NCBI GenBank assembly: GCA_964016885.1
Contig: OZ024764.1
Location: 4,216,001-4,280,000 of the forward strand
Origin: Eledone cirrhosa
Taxonomy: Eukaryota
DNA: 64,000 bases
Direction of reading: 5' to 3'
The notes under the pieces were generated by a model. The model had not been told where the DNA came from. It did not search any database and saw nothing but the letters and a program-made list of their open reading frames with translations. The translations under genes were made by a program, and so were the position numbers. Numbering within the stretch: the first letter of the stretch is position 1; each line of letters begins with the position of its first letter. Below are positions 13,813 through 26,439 of the stretch, piece after piece.

Positions 13813-14368
13813 GAACAGTGTATGAGTCATGATATACATGTGTGTGTGTGTGTGTGTATGGAGGGGGAATATCAGGTGTAGTGTTGGCGAATTTCAGGAG
13901 GCATGGAGGTTTTAAAGGATGCAGTGTCTCGACAGCTAATAACTGATGCATGTAGTTTGGTCCATGGAGGTTTTAAAGGATGCAGTGTCTCGACAGCTAA
14001 CAACTGATGCTGGTAGTTTGTTCCATGGAGGTTTTAAAGGATGCAGTGTCTCGACAGCTAACAACTGATGCAGGTAGTTTGTTCCATGGAGGTTTTAAAG
14101 GATGCAGTGTCTCGACAGCTAACAACTGATGCAGGTAGTTTGTTCCATGGAGGTTTTAAAGGATGCAGTGTCTCGACAGCTAACAACTAATGCATGTAGT
14201 TTGGTCCATGGAGGTTTTAAAGGATGCAGTGTCTCGACAGCTAACAACTGATGCAGGTAGTTTGTTCCATGGAGGTTTTAAAGGATGCAGTGTCTCGACA
14301 GCTAACAACTGATGCAGGTAGTTTGTTCCATGGAGGTTTTAAAGGAAGCAGTGTCTCGACAGCTAACA
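13813..14368 (-). repeat. CR1-type LINE 3' end with a 61-bp internal segment amplified about 7.5x
   Basis: Unit CATGGAGGTTTTAAAGGATGCAGTGTCTCGACAGCTAACAACTGATGCAGGTAGTTTGTTC (13902, 13963 and onward) is the reverse complement of the WNKLPASVVSCRDTASFKT segment of the CR1 copy at about 28355-28420. Confidence 0.92.
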
Positions 14369-14780
14369 ATAGCTCTGACCTCGTGGTTTTTGACAAGGAA
14401 AAAAGATCGTGCCTGATTGTAGATGTGGCCTGCCCCTTTGACACGAGAGGGGAAGAAAAGAAGGGGGAGAAAATTAACCGATACCAGGATTTAAAGTGGG
14501 AATTAAAAAGGATTTGGGACTGCCATGAAATCAAGGCTGTCTCAATTGTCATAGGAGCACTAGGTACTATCTCAAGGAGTTTCCAAGGATGGTTAAAGAA
14601 GATTAGTCCAGCCCCGCTTTTTAGAACACTTCAAAAGGCATGCTTGCTGGGAACAGCAACAACCCTCTGATACGTCCTGAATGTCTGAGGCTGCAGGTAG
14701 GGGCTTGATGTTCACTTGAACAAACTTTCCAGTTAAATAACATCAATGACTGAGACTCAAAGAACAATAATAATAATAAT
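14365..14780 (+). mobile_element. 3' fragment of an R4/Dong-clade non-LTR retrotransposon (restriction-like endonuclease domain)
   Basis: DLVVFDKEKRSCLIVDVACPFD...EKINRYQDLKWELKRIW...IVIGALG...LQKACLLGTA matches the PD-(D/E)xK C-terminal domain of R4-clade elements. Ends in (AAT)n. Confidence 0.85.
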
Positions 14781-15177
14781 TGTTTCTACGTTAGGCACAA
14801 GGCCAGCAATTACCCCAGTACATTACTGGTACTTTATTTTATCGACCCCCGTAAGGATGAAAGGCAAAGTCAACCTCGGCGGGATTTGAACTCAGAATGG
14901 CAAGGGCCGTAACTCTATGCTTCAAAGCAAGGCATCCGACCCTCCACTGATATTGCCAAGTCACCGCCGTTACAACAATAATAATAATAATAATTGTTTC
15001 TACTTTAGGCACAAGGCCAGCAATTACCCAGTACATTACTGGTACTTTTATTTTATCGACCCCGTAAGGATGAAAGGCAAAGTCAACCTCGGCGGGATTT
15101 GAACTCAGACCGTAAAGGGACGTAACTCTATGCTGGAAAGCATGGCGTCCGACCCTCTACCGATACTGACAATCCAC
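14780..15177 (-). mobile_element. Two head-to-tail SINE family A copies
   Basis: Same A/B boxes and core as 13628-13812, separated by (AAT)n at about 14977-14993. Confidence 0.88.
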
Positions 15178-15188
15178 ATAATAATAAA

Positions 15189-15221
<33 letters not shown>

Positions 15222-15321
15222 TATACAGATCTTATATATACATACATATATATATATATACATATATAATGAGAGAAAGAGAGAGAAAAAGAGAAAAGAG
15301 AGAGAGATATTATAAGATCAC

Positions 15322-15520
15322 GCTATGTCGTGGAAAATAGTTTCAAGATGTCTGCCACTATTGAAAGACAGTAAAATGTGTTTATGGTAATTGATGCTCT
15401 CTTCATTGAGAGATGGTAATACGTTTAGAAGATTGTTAAACTTCTTAACATCATGAAATGTCACCATGTTCAACATAGCATGCAACTGAGAACTGAGATT
15501 TACGGCCATTGTACAGGCAA
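15322..15520 (-). CDS. Candidate exon (ACTMAVNLSSQLHAMLNMVTFHDVKKFNNLLNVLPSLNEESINYHKHILLSFNSGRHLETIFHDI)
   Basis: 199-nt stop-free frame in a unique-sequence island, TAG acceptor, weak GTGATC donor (or in-frame TGA). No homolog recognised. Confidence 0.3.
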
Positions 15521-15734
15521 CTATATACATTTTAAATACCATATATATATGTGTTTGTATGGATATATATATATATATATATATATATGTAGGAGGTGAG
15601 TTTTATTGTAGTACAATAAAGCAATGCAGATATCGGATAAGAAGCACTCTACAGTTTGTAGGACTGGAGTATACATAATATATAAGATCAAAAGATGGTT
15701 AAATACATGGAACTCATTTAACCATCTTTTGATC

Positions 15735-15883
15735 TTATATATATATATATGTATGTATGGATATGTCTATATATATGTATATATATGTATGTGTGAGTGT
15801 GTGTGTCATCATCATCATATATATATATGTATGGATATATATGTGTGTATGTATGTATGGATATGTATATATGTATGTATATA

Positions 15884-15962
<79 letters not shown>

Positions 15963-16057
15963 GATATGTATATATGTGTGTATATAATATATATATATAT
16001 CTATGTATGTAGATGGATGTGTGTGTATATATATATATGTATGTAAAAGGTAAACAG

Positions 16058-16088
<31 letters not shown>

Positions 16089-16255
16089 CATACATATTTA
16101 TATACACACATGTGTGTGTGTGCATATATATATGTGTGTATATATATATAAATATATACACATATATACATACAATATATATATATATATACATATATAT
16201 TATACACACACACATAAATATATGTCTGTTATATACACACACACATATATATATA
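15735..16255. repeat. Compound (AT)n/(GT)n/(AC)n microsatellite; similar tracts at 11835-11941, 26700-27150, 28880-29680 and 31265-31650
   Basis: Direct inspection. Confidence 0.95.
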
Positions 16256-17230
16256 TCATCATCATCATTTAACATCCATCCTCCACGCTAGCATGGGTTA
16301 GACAAGTTTGTCCCACTTGAGGCAAGGTTGGGTCGGGTGACCGTGTCTTGCTCGTATAGGACTGTGTCTGGCAGGTTTTCTACAGCTGGATACCCTTCCT
16401 AAAACCAACCTCATTTACAGTGTGGACTGGGAGCCTTTTTACTGTGTCTCCTACATGACCACTTTACAGCGTGGACTGGGTACTTTTTGTCGTGACACCT
16501 ACATGACCACTTTACAGTGTGGACTGGGTACTTTTGTTGTGACACCTACATGACCACTTTACAGTGTGGACTGGGTGCTTTTTGTTGTGACACCTACATG
16601 ACCACTTTACAGCGTGGACTGGGTACTTTTTGTCGTGACACCTACATGACCACTTTACAGTGTGGACTGGGTGCTTTTTGTTGTGACACATACATGACTA
16701 CTTTACAGTGTGGACTGGGTACTTTTTGTTGTGACACATACATGACCTCTTTACAGTGTGGACTGGGTGCTTTTTGTTCTGACACGTACATGACCACTTT
16801 ACAGTGTGGACTGGGTACGTTTTGTTGTGACACCTACATGACCACTTTACAGTGTGGACTGGGTGCTTTTTGTTGTGACACCTACATGACCACTTTACAG
16901 TGTGGACTGGGTACTATTTGTTGTGACACCTACATGACCACTTTACAGTGTGGACTGGGTACTTTTTGTTGTGACACCTACATGACCACTTTACAGTGTG
17001 GACTGGGTACTTTTTGTTGTGACACATACATGACCTCTTTACAGTGTGGACTGGGTGCTTTTTGTTGTGACACGTACATGACCACTTTACAGTGTGGACT
17101 GGGTACGTTTTGTTGTGACACATACATGACCACTTTACAGTGTGGACTGGGTGCTTTTTGTTGTGACACCTACATGACCACTTTACAGTGTAGACTGGGT
17201 ACTTTTTGTCATGACACCTACACATCCTCT
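16256..17230 (-). repeat. SINE family B-related copy with an internal 48-bp segment amplified about 17x
   Basis: SINE motif CCCTTCCTAA.ACCAACCTCATTTACAGTG runs directly into unit TTTACAGTGTGGACTGGGTACTTTTTGTTGTGACACCTACATGACCAC. Confidence 0.9.
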
Positions 17231-17289
17231 TTTGTGTGGGCTGGAATTTCTGTGGTACCACATGCACAACACACACACACATATATCAT

Positions 17290-17910
17290 GATCATCATTA
17301 TCATTTAAAGTCCATCTTCTTTGCTAGCATGGGTAGGACAGGCTGTCTCTTTGTGAGGGATCAGGGGACTGATTCGCTCATGCAGAAATGATTTTGGCTT
17401 GGTTTCTACGGCTGGATGCCCTTCCTAACACCAACCTCATTTACAGTGTGGACTGGGTACTTTTTGTTGTGACACCTACATGACCACTTTACAGTGTGGA
17501 CTGGGTGTTGTTTGTCATGACACCTACATGACCACTTTACAGTGTGGACTGGGTGTTGTTTGTCATGACACCTACATGACCACTATACAGTGTGGACTGG
17601 GTACCTTTTGTTGTGACACCTACATGACCACTTTACAGTGTGGACTGGGTACTTTTTGTTGTGACACCTACATGACCACATTACAGTGTGGACTGGGTAC
17701 TTTTTGTTGTGACACCTACATGACCACTATACAGTGTGGACTGGGTACTTTTTGTTGTGACACCTACATGACCACTTTACAGTGTGGACTGGGTACTTTT
17801 TGTTGTGACACCTACATGACCACTTTACAGTGTGGACTGGGTACTTTTTGTTGTGACACATACATGACCACATTACAGAGTGGACTGGGCGCTTGCTTTT
17901 GTCATGATAC
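17290..17910 (-). repeat. Second SINE family B-related copy with the same 48-bp segment amplified about 9x
   Basis: Different SINE body sequence (17310-17400) but the same array unit from 17440. Confidence 0.9.
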
Positions 17911-18199
17911 CTACAAGACTATTATTGTGGGCTGTGTTCTTTTGTCGTGGCTCCAGGCGGGGTTCACTTTACAGAGGAGGCTGGGAACTTGGGAGGGGTG
18001 GGGTAGATGCTTTGGGAAATTGGTGTAAGGTAGGTTTATGAGAGGGGAGATGGTAGGGAACGGTGTTGCCTACTAGGTATATGACTCAGCCCGAGAATAA
18101 GAGAGGGCGAGTCTCCTGTAATACTTCATAGCGCCAGAGGTCATCGTCCTGTATCATCACCTTAGTGAGGTGTAATTGAGCAGGTGAAAAGTCAGCTTT

Positions 18200-18345
18200 T
18201 ATTACCTCATCCCAAGTCTTCCTAGGATGCCTACTCCATAGCTACCATCGACTTTGAGTACTCTGCACCTTTTTATACAGCTGTCATCCTTCATACACAT
18301 CACATCTCCATACCAACACAATCCCCTCTCCTGCACACAACACCA
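18200..18345 (-). mobile_element. Degenerate RTE LINE fragment
   Basis: Reverse complement resembles the VQERGLCWYGDVMCMKDDSCIKKC segment homologous to 12770-12840. Confidence 0.6.
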
Positions 18346-19580
18346 ACAGTGTCTTCCATTAGAAATATGGCAATGAAAGGGTTAAAGTGTTTATATTTAT
18401 CTAAAAACGTTCCATCATAAGTTTATGTAAGAACCTTTGTTAAGTTATGTTCCAAACACCAACAGTGTCTTTCATTAGAAATATGGTAATGAAAGGGTTA
18501 AAGTGTTTATATTTATCTAAAAACGTTCCATCATAATTGTATGTAAGAACTTTTGTTAAGTTATGTTCCAAACACCAACAGTGTCTTCCATTAGAAATAT
18601 GGTAATGAAAGGGTTAAAGTGTTTATATTTATCTAAAAACGTTCCATCATAAGTTTATGTAAGAACCTTTGTTAAGTTATGTTCCAAACACCAACAGTGT
18701 CTTTCATTAGAAATATGGTAATGAAAGGGTTAAAGTGTTTATATTTATCTAAAAACGTTCCATCATAATTGTATGTAAGAACTTTTGTTAAGTTATGTTC
18801 CAAACACCAACAGTGTCTTCCATTAGAAATATGGTAATGAAAGGGTTAAAGTGTTTATATTTATCTAAAAACGTTCCATCATAAGTTTATGTAAGAACCT
18901 TTGTTAAGTTATGTTCCAAACACCAACAGTGTCTTTCATTAGAAATATGGTAATGAAAGGGTTAAAGTGTTTATATTTATCTAAAAACGTTCCATCATAA
19001 TTGTATGTAAGAACCTTTGTTAAGTTATGTTCCAAACACCAACAGTGTCTTTCATTAGAAATATGGTAATGAAAGGCTTAAAGTGTTTATATTTATCTAA
19101 AAACGTTCCATCATAATTTTATGTAAGAACCTTTGTTAAGTTATGTTCCAAACACCAACAGTGTCTTTCATTAGAAATATGGTAATGAAAGGGTTAAAGT
19201 GTTTATATTTATCTAAAAACGTTCCATCATAATTTTATGTAAGAACCTTTGTTAAGTTAGGTTCCAAACACCAACAGTGTCTTCCATTAGAAATATGGTA
19301 ATGAAAGGGTTAAAGTGTTTATATTTATCTAAAAACGTTCCATCATAATTTTATGTAAGAACCTTTGTTATGTTATGTTCCAAACACCAACAGTGTCTTT
19401 CATTAGAAATATGGTAATGAAAGGGTTAAAGTGTTTATATTTATCTAAAAACGTTCCATCATAATTTTATGAAGGAACCTTTGTTAAGTTATGTTCCAAA
19501 CACCAACAGTGTCTTCCATTAGAAATATGGTAATGAAAGGGTTAAAGTGTTTATATTTATCTCAAAACAAAAGGGTTAAG
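18339..19580. repeat. 116-bp tandem array (about 10.5 copies) containing an AAAGGGTTAA MITE-end motif
   Basis: AACACCAACAGTGTC recurs at 18339, 18455, 18571 and onward. Confidence 0.95.
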
Positions 19581-19939
19581 CTATTTATCATCTTAACATC
19601 GAATGATTTTTGTAACTCCTTTCAAATTCTTCATTGATTAACTGAAGTGAGATTGTATTGTGTCAGAAAATGTAGTCATTGAAAGTGTTAAAGATATTAA
19701 AATGGCTATAGTGTAATTTATAACAGGACTGTGGTGAAGGATGTGGAGAGGAGGAACTTTATATATTGAAAAATGTCATGGGGTTGTTAACATGCAACCC
19801 AATTGATATAACTTATTTGGAGCTGACAGATAATCAGGAGATTAAATGGATACAAAGATTTTTGGTGAAGAATATTTTGTATAAAACTAGGGAAGGAGAA
19901 TGAGAGAACTGACTGATAAAACATGTTTAACGCTTTAAA

Positions 19940-21290
19940 ATTTACATTACTCTATATATATATACTATAGTATTTTCACAGTAAAGGCTTTACCTCACAT
20001 AATACCTCACATAACATTTACATTACTCTATATATACTATTGTATTTTCACAGTAAAGTCTTTACCTCACATAATATCTGACATAACATTTACATTACTC
20101 TATATATACTATTGTATTTTCACAGTAAAGGCTTTACCTCACTAAATATCTTACATAACATTTACATTACTCTATATAGACTATTGTATTTTCACAGTAA
20201 AGTCTTTACCTCACATAACATTTACATTACTCTATATATACTGTTGTATTTTCACAGTAAAGTCTTTACTTCACATAATATCTCACATAACATTTACATT
20301 ACTCTATATATACTATTGTATTTTCACAGTAAAGGCTTTACCTCACATAATATCTCACATAACATTTACATTACTCTATATATACTATTGTATTTTCACA
20401 GTAAAGACTTTACCTCACATAATATCTCGCATAACATTTACATTACTCTATATATACTATTGTATGTTCACAGTAAAGTCTTTACCTCACATAATATCTC
20501 ACATAACATTTACATTACTCTATATATACTATTGTATTTTCACAGTAAAGGTTTTACCTCACATAATATCTCACATAACATTTACATTACTCTATATATA
20601 CTATTGTATTTTCACAGTAAAGGCTTTACCGCACATAATATCTCACATAACATTTACATTACTCTATATATACTATTGTATCTTCACAGTAAAGTCTTTA
20701 CCTCACATAATATCACACATAACATTTACATTACTCTATATATACTATTGTATTGTCACAGAAAAGGCTTTACCTCACATAATATCACACATAACATTTA
20801 CATTACTCTATATATACTATTGTATTGTCACAGTAAAGGCTTTACCTCACATAATATCCCACATAACATTTACATTACTCTGTATATACTATTGTATCTT
20901 CACAGTAAAGTCTTTACCTCACATAATATCTCACATAATATTTACATTACTCTATATATACTATTGTATTGTCACAGTAAAGGCTTTACCTCACATAATA
21001 TCTCACATAACATTTACATTACTCTATATATACTATTGTATTGTCACAGTAAAGGCTTTACCTCACATAATATCTCACATAACATTTACATTACTCTGTA
21101 TATACTATAGTATCTTCACAGTAAAGTCTTTACCTCACATAATATCTCACATAATATCGAGATATTGATGTTCTTTATTTTGAGAACAATACCTTAACGT
21201 AAGTATGAGCAGCTGGTTATGACCGGTTTGAACAGAGAGAGGTGATAGAATTTTGGATGAATATGGCCGGTTTAAATGCTAAAGGGTTAA
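19940..21290 (+). repeat. 72-bp tandem array (about 17 copies) attached to a piggyBac-like MITE end (…AATGCTAAAGGGTTAA)
   Basis: 24-codon periodicity in the ORF track. 21160-21290 is a non-repeated body ending in GGGTTAA (CCC terminus plus TTAA site). Confidence 0.85.
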
Positions 21291-21507
21291 CTGAAGGGAA
21301 TCAATGGTTAGTAAATGTGGTTAGAGTTGAAAAACACAAAATAGATGGTTCCGTTTTGATTTAAAATTTACATCACTTCAGTTAATAAATGAACAAAGAA
21401 TAATTACTACAAGTTATAAAGGTTGATGATGTTTTTGTTGTTATGGTGAAATAGTCTGTGGCCAGAGAAGGTGAGAGCCTGTAAAACCAGGAGAGAGAGA
21501 GAGAGAG

Positions 21508-23710
21508 AGTAAGGGTCTGTAGAAGTCTGTAGAGAGAGTAAGGGTCTGTAGAAGTCTGTAGACCCCTGTAGAAAGAGTAAGGGTCTGTAGCAGTCTGTAG
21601 ACCCCTGTAGAGAGATTAAGTGTCTGTAGAAGTCTGTAGAGAGAGTAAGGGTCTGTAGAAGCCGGTTGACCTCTGTAGAGATAGTAAGGGTCTGTAGAAA
21701 GAGTTAGGGTCTGTAGCAGTCTGTAGACCCCTGTAGAGAGTTTAAGGGTCTGTAGAAGTCTGTAGAGAGAGTAAGGATCTGTAGAAGCTGGTTGACCCCT
21801 ATAGAGATAGTAAGGGTCTGTAGAAGTCTGTAGACCCCTGTAGAAAGAGTAAGGGTCTGTAGACCCCTGTAGAGAGATTAAGGGTCTGTAGAAGTCTGTA
21901 GAGAGAGTAAGGGTCTGTAGAAGCTGGTTGACCCCTGTAGAGATAGTAAGGGTCTGTAGGAGTCTGTAGACCCCTGTAGAAAGAGTAAGGGTCTGTAGAC
22001 CCCTGTAGAGAGATTAAGTGTCTGTAGAAGTCTGTAGAGAGAGTAAGGGTCTGTAGAAGCCGGTTGACCCCTGTAGAGATAGTAAGGGTCTGTAGAAGTC
22101 TGTAGACCCCTGTAGAAAGAGTTAGGGTCTGTAGCAGTCTGTAGACCCCTGTAGAGAGATTAAGGGTCTGTAGAAGTCTGTAGAGAGAGTAAGGGTCTGT
22201 AGAAGCTGGTTGACCCCTGTAGAGATAGTAAGGGTCTGTAGGAGTCTGTAGACCCCTGTAGAAAGAGTAAGGGTCTGTAGCAGTCTGTAGACCCCTGTAG
22301 AGAGATTAAGGGTCTGTAGAGAGAGTAAGGGTCTGTAGAAGCTGGTTGATCCCTGTAGAGATAGTAAGGGTCTGTAGACCCCTGTAGAGAGAGTAAGGGT
22401 CTGTAGCAGTCTGTAGACCCCTGTAGAGAGAGTAAGGGTCTGTAGCAGTCTGTAGACTCCTGTAGAGAGATTAAGGGTCTGTAGAAGTCTGTAGAGAGAG
22501 TAAGGGTCTGTAGAAGCCGGTTGACCCCTGTAGAGATAGTAAGGGTCTGTAGAAGTCTGTAGACCCCTGTAGAGATAGTAAGGGTCTGTAGCAGTCTGTA
22601 GACCCCTGTAGAAAGAGTAAGGGTTTGTAGAAGTCTGTAGAGAGAGTAAGGGTCTGTAGAAGCTGGTTGACCCCTGTAAAGATAGTAAGGGTCTGTAGAG
22701 AGAGTAAGGGTCTGTAGCAGTCTGTAGACCCCTGTAGAGAGAGTAAGGGTCTGTAGAAGCTGGTTGACCCCTGTAGAGATAGTAAGGGTCTGTAGGTAGG
22801 AGTCTGTAGACCCCTGTAGAAAGAGTAAGGGTCTGTAGCAGTCTGTAGACCCCTGTAGAGAGAGTAAGGGTCTGTAGAGAGAGTAAGGGTCTGTAGAAGC
22901 TGGTTGATCCCTGTAGAGATAGTAAGGGTCTGTAGACCCCTGTAGAGAGAGTAAGGGTCTGTAGCAGTCTGTAGACCCCTGTAGAGAGAGTAAGGGTCTG
23001 TAGCAGTCTGTAGACTCCTGTAGAGAGATTAAGGGTCTGTAGAAGTCTGTAGAGAGAGTAAGGGTCTGTAGAAGCCGGTTGACCCCTGTAGAGATAGTAA
23101 GGGTCTGTAGGAGTCTGTAGACCCCTGTAGAAAGAGTAAGGGTCTGTAGCAGTCTGTAGACCCCTGTAGAGAGATTAAGGGTCTGTAGAGAGAGTAAGGG
23201 TCTGTAGAAGCTGGTTGATCCCTGTAGAGATAGTAAGGGTCTGTAGACCCCTGTAGAGAGAGTAAGGGTCTGTAGCAGTCTGTAGACCCCTGTAGAGAGA
23301 GTAAGGGTCTGTAGCAGTCTGTAGACTCCTGTAGAGAGATTAAGGGTCTGTAGAAGTCTGTAGAGAGAGTAAGGGTCTGTAGAAGCCGGTTGACCCCTGT
23401 AGAGATAGTAAGGGTCTGTAGAAGTCTGTAGACCCCTGTAGAGAGATTAAGGGTCTGTAGAAGTCTGTAGAAGCTGGTTGACCCCTGTAGAGATAGTAAG
23501 GGTCTGTAGAAGTCTGTAGACCCCTGTAGAGATAGTAAGGGTCTGTAGAAAGAGTAAGGGTCTGTAGAAGTCTGTAGAGAGAGTAAGGGTCTGTAGAAGC
23601 TGGTTGAGCCCTGTAAAGATAGTAAGGGTCTGTAGAGAGAGTAAGGGTCTGTAGCAGTCTGTAGACCCCTGTAGAGAGAGCAAGGGTCTGTAGCAGTCTG
23701 TAGACCCCAC
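21508..23710. repeat. Modular minisatellite of 10-19-nt blocks all ending in CTGTAG
   Basis: Blocks AGAGAGTAAGGGTCTGTAG, AAGTCTGTAG, ACCCCTGTAG and AAGCTGGTTGACCCCTGTAG in varying order. Confidence 0.93.
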
Positions 23711-24165
23711 GGAGCCTGTAGTTAAAGGTGAATGTTTTACATAGTTATTCTCTCGTGTACTGCTTCGAACTGCCTCTTGCTTGGTCTGATACAGACTGTT
23801 TATGGCTGTCACTTCCTCTGTTTCCTGCCTTGAGGGATCGCCCATGCATAGACTTGTTTACGCCAAAAAGGAGGTGACCCAGAATTTGACCTTTCTGTGT
23901 CACCCAGGGGGGTCAAGGTGTGGACAGATTTCGCTACATAACCTCTTCAGTTCCGTAGACGAGATAACTTGCCCGAACATGTTTGAACTCCTTCCCAACA
24001 ATTGATAACTTCAAAGCTAGATGGCGTTACTAGTTTATTGATGTGACGTTTGTCAATCAACAGTTTACTGGAAAAAACCCCAGCAGAGCAACTGTAGCTG
24101 TGTAAAATATACACAGCGGTCAAGAGGTTAAATAGAAGGAATTTTTGGTGAAGAAGATTTTTAAA
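23710..24165. mobile_element. Unclassified dispersed repeat (probable DNA-transposon remnant); second diverged copy at 26215-26390
   Basis: Shared CATAGTTATTCTCTC...GATCGCCCA..CATAGACTTGTTT...AAAAGGAGGTGACCCA...GGGGTCAAGGTGTGGACA. Confidence 0.55.
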
Positions 24166-24171
24166 ATAATA

Positions 24172-24385
24172 ATTGCTTCTTATATAGGCACAAGGCCAGC
24201 AATTTTGGGGGAGGGGAAAGTCGATTAAATTGACCCCAGTACATGACTGGTACTTTATTTTATCGACCCCCGTAAGGATGAAAGGCAAAGTTAACCTTGG
24301 CGGGATTTGAACTCAGATCATAAAGGGCCGTAACTCTTTGTTGCAAAGCATGGCGTCCGACCCTCTACCAATACTGTCAATCCAG
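24172..24385 (-). mobile_element. SINE family A
   Basis: Same boxes and core; head nearly identical to 13690-13812. Confidence 0.88.
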
Positions 24386-26212
24386 TGAACAGTGTATGAG
24401 TCATGATATACATGTGTGTGTGTGTGTGTATGGAGGGGGAATATCAGGTGTAGTGTTGGCGAATTTCAGGAGGCATGGAGGTTTTAAAGGATGCAGTGTC
24501 TCGACAGCTAACAACTGATGCTGGTAGTTTATTCCATGAAGGTTTTAAAGGATGCAGTGTCTCGACAGCTAACAACTGATGCTGGTAGTTTGTTCCATGG
24601 AGGTTTTAAAGGATGCAGTGTCTCGACAGCTAACAACTGATGCAGGTAGTTTGTTCTATGGAGGTTTAAAAGGATGCAGTGTCTTGACAGCTAACGACTG
24701 ATGCAGGTAGTTTGTTCCATGGAGGTTTTAAAGGATGCAGTGTCTCGACAGCTAACAACTGATGCAGGTAGTTTGTTCTATGGAGGTTTAAAAGAATGCA
24801 GTGTCTCGACAGCTAACGACTGATGCAGGTAGTTTGTTCCATGGAGGTTTTAAAGGATGCAGTGTCTCGACAGCTAACAACTGATGCTGGTAGTTTATTC
24901 CATGAAGGTTTTAAAGGATGCAGTGTCTCGACAGCTAACAACTGATGCAGGTAGTTTGTTCCATGTAGGTTTTAAAGGATGCAGTGTCTCGACAGCTAAC
25001 GACTGATGCAGGTAGTTTGTTCCATGGAGGTTTTAAAGGATGCAGTGTCTCAACAGCTAACAACTGATGCAGGTAGTTTGTTCCATGTAGGTTTTAAAGG
25101 ATGCAGTGTCTCGACAGCTAACGACTGATGCAGGTAGTTTGTTCCATGGAGGTTTTAAAGGATGCAGTGTCTCGACAGCTAACAACTGATGCTGGTAGTT
25201 TGTTCCATGGAGGTTTTAAAGGATGCAGTGTCTCGATAGCTACCAACTGATGCAGGTAGTTTGTTCCATGGAGGTTTTAAAGGATGCAGTGTCTCGACAG
25301 CTAACAACTGATGCTGGTAGTTTATTCCATGAAGGTTTTAAAGGATGCAGTGTCTCGACAGCTAACAACTGATGCAGGTAGTTTGTTCCATGTAGGTTTT
25401 AAAGGATGCAGTGTCTCGACAGCTAACGACTGATGCAGGTAGTTTGTTCCATGGAGGTTTTAAAGGATGCAGTGTCTCAACAGCTAACAACTGATGCAGG
25501 TAGTTTGTTCCATGTAGGTTTTAAAGGATGCAGTGTCTCGACAGCTAACGACTGATGCAGGTAGTTTGTTCCATGGAGGTTTTAAAGGATGCAGTGTCTC
25601 GACAGCTAACAACTGATGCTGGTAGTTTGTTCCATGGAGGTTTTAAAGGATGCAGTGTCTCGATAGCTAACAACTGATGCAGGTAGTTTGTTCCATGGAG
25701 GTTTTAAAGGATGCAGTGTCTCGACAGCTAACAACTGATGCAGGTAGTTTGTTCCATGGAGGTTTTGAAGGATGCAGTGTCTCGACAGCTAACAACTGAT
25801 GCAGGTAGTTTGTTCCATGGAGGTTTTGAAGGATGCAGTGTCTCGACAGCTAACAACTGATGCAGGTAGTTTGTTCCATGGAGGTTTTGAAGGATGCAGT
25901 GTCTCGACAGCTAACAACTGATGCAGGTAGTTTGTTCCATGGAGGTTTTGAAGGATGCAGTGTCTCGACAGCTAACAACTGATGCAGTTAGTTTGTTCCA
26001 TGGATGTTTTAAAGGATTCAGTGTCTCGACATCTGACAACTGATGCAGGTAGTTTGTTCCATGGAGGTTTTGAAGGATGCAGTGTCTCGACAGCTAACAA
26101 CTGATGCAGTTAGTTTGTTCCATGGATGTTTTAAAGGATTCAGTGTCTCGACATCTGACAACTGATGCAGGTAGTTTGTTCCATGCTTCAGCAATTCTGA
26201 GCGTGAAAAAAA
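24386..26212 (-). repeat. CR1-type LINE 3' end with the 61-bp segment amplified about 28x
   Basis: Array about 24474-26185. LINE sequence resumes on both sides (FFTLRIAEAWNK at about 26180-26212; 3' end at 24386-24474). Confidence 0.93.
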
Positions 26213-26439
26213 CGTTTTGCATAGTTATTCTCTCATGCACTGCTCCGAAGTGGTTTTTGCTTGGCTGTTTATATCTGTCGTTTCCTGTTACCCGCTTTGA
26301 GTGATCGCCCACTCATAGACTTGTTTTCTCCGAAAAGGAGGTGACCCATAATTTGTCAATAAGTGTCACGCAGGGGTCAAGGTGTGGACATATATATCGT
26401 ATAAAAAAGTGTATTTAAAGACACACAATTATCCCTTAC

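Noticed and set aside
16517-18028. Cys-rich repeat protein (CCDTYMTTLQCGLGTF)n
   Set aside because: 48-bp SINE-derived minisatellite.
19728-19903. 58-codon plus-strand open frame after a CAG (DCGEGCGEEELYILKNV…)
   Set aside because: No recognised homology, part resembles the dispersed repeat at 24125-24165, and no compatible neighbouring exon was found.
21508-23710. Telomeric repeat (TAAGGG/TTAGGG-like)
   Set aside because: Hexamers are isolated within longer modules and never tandem.
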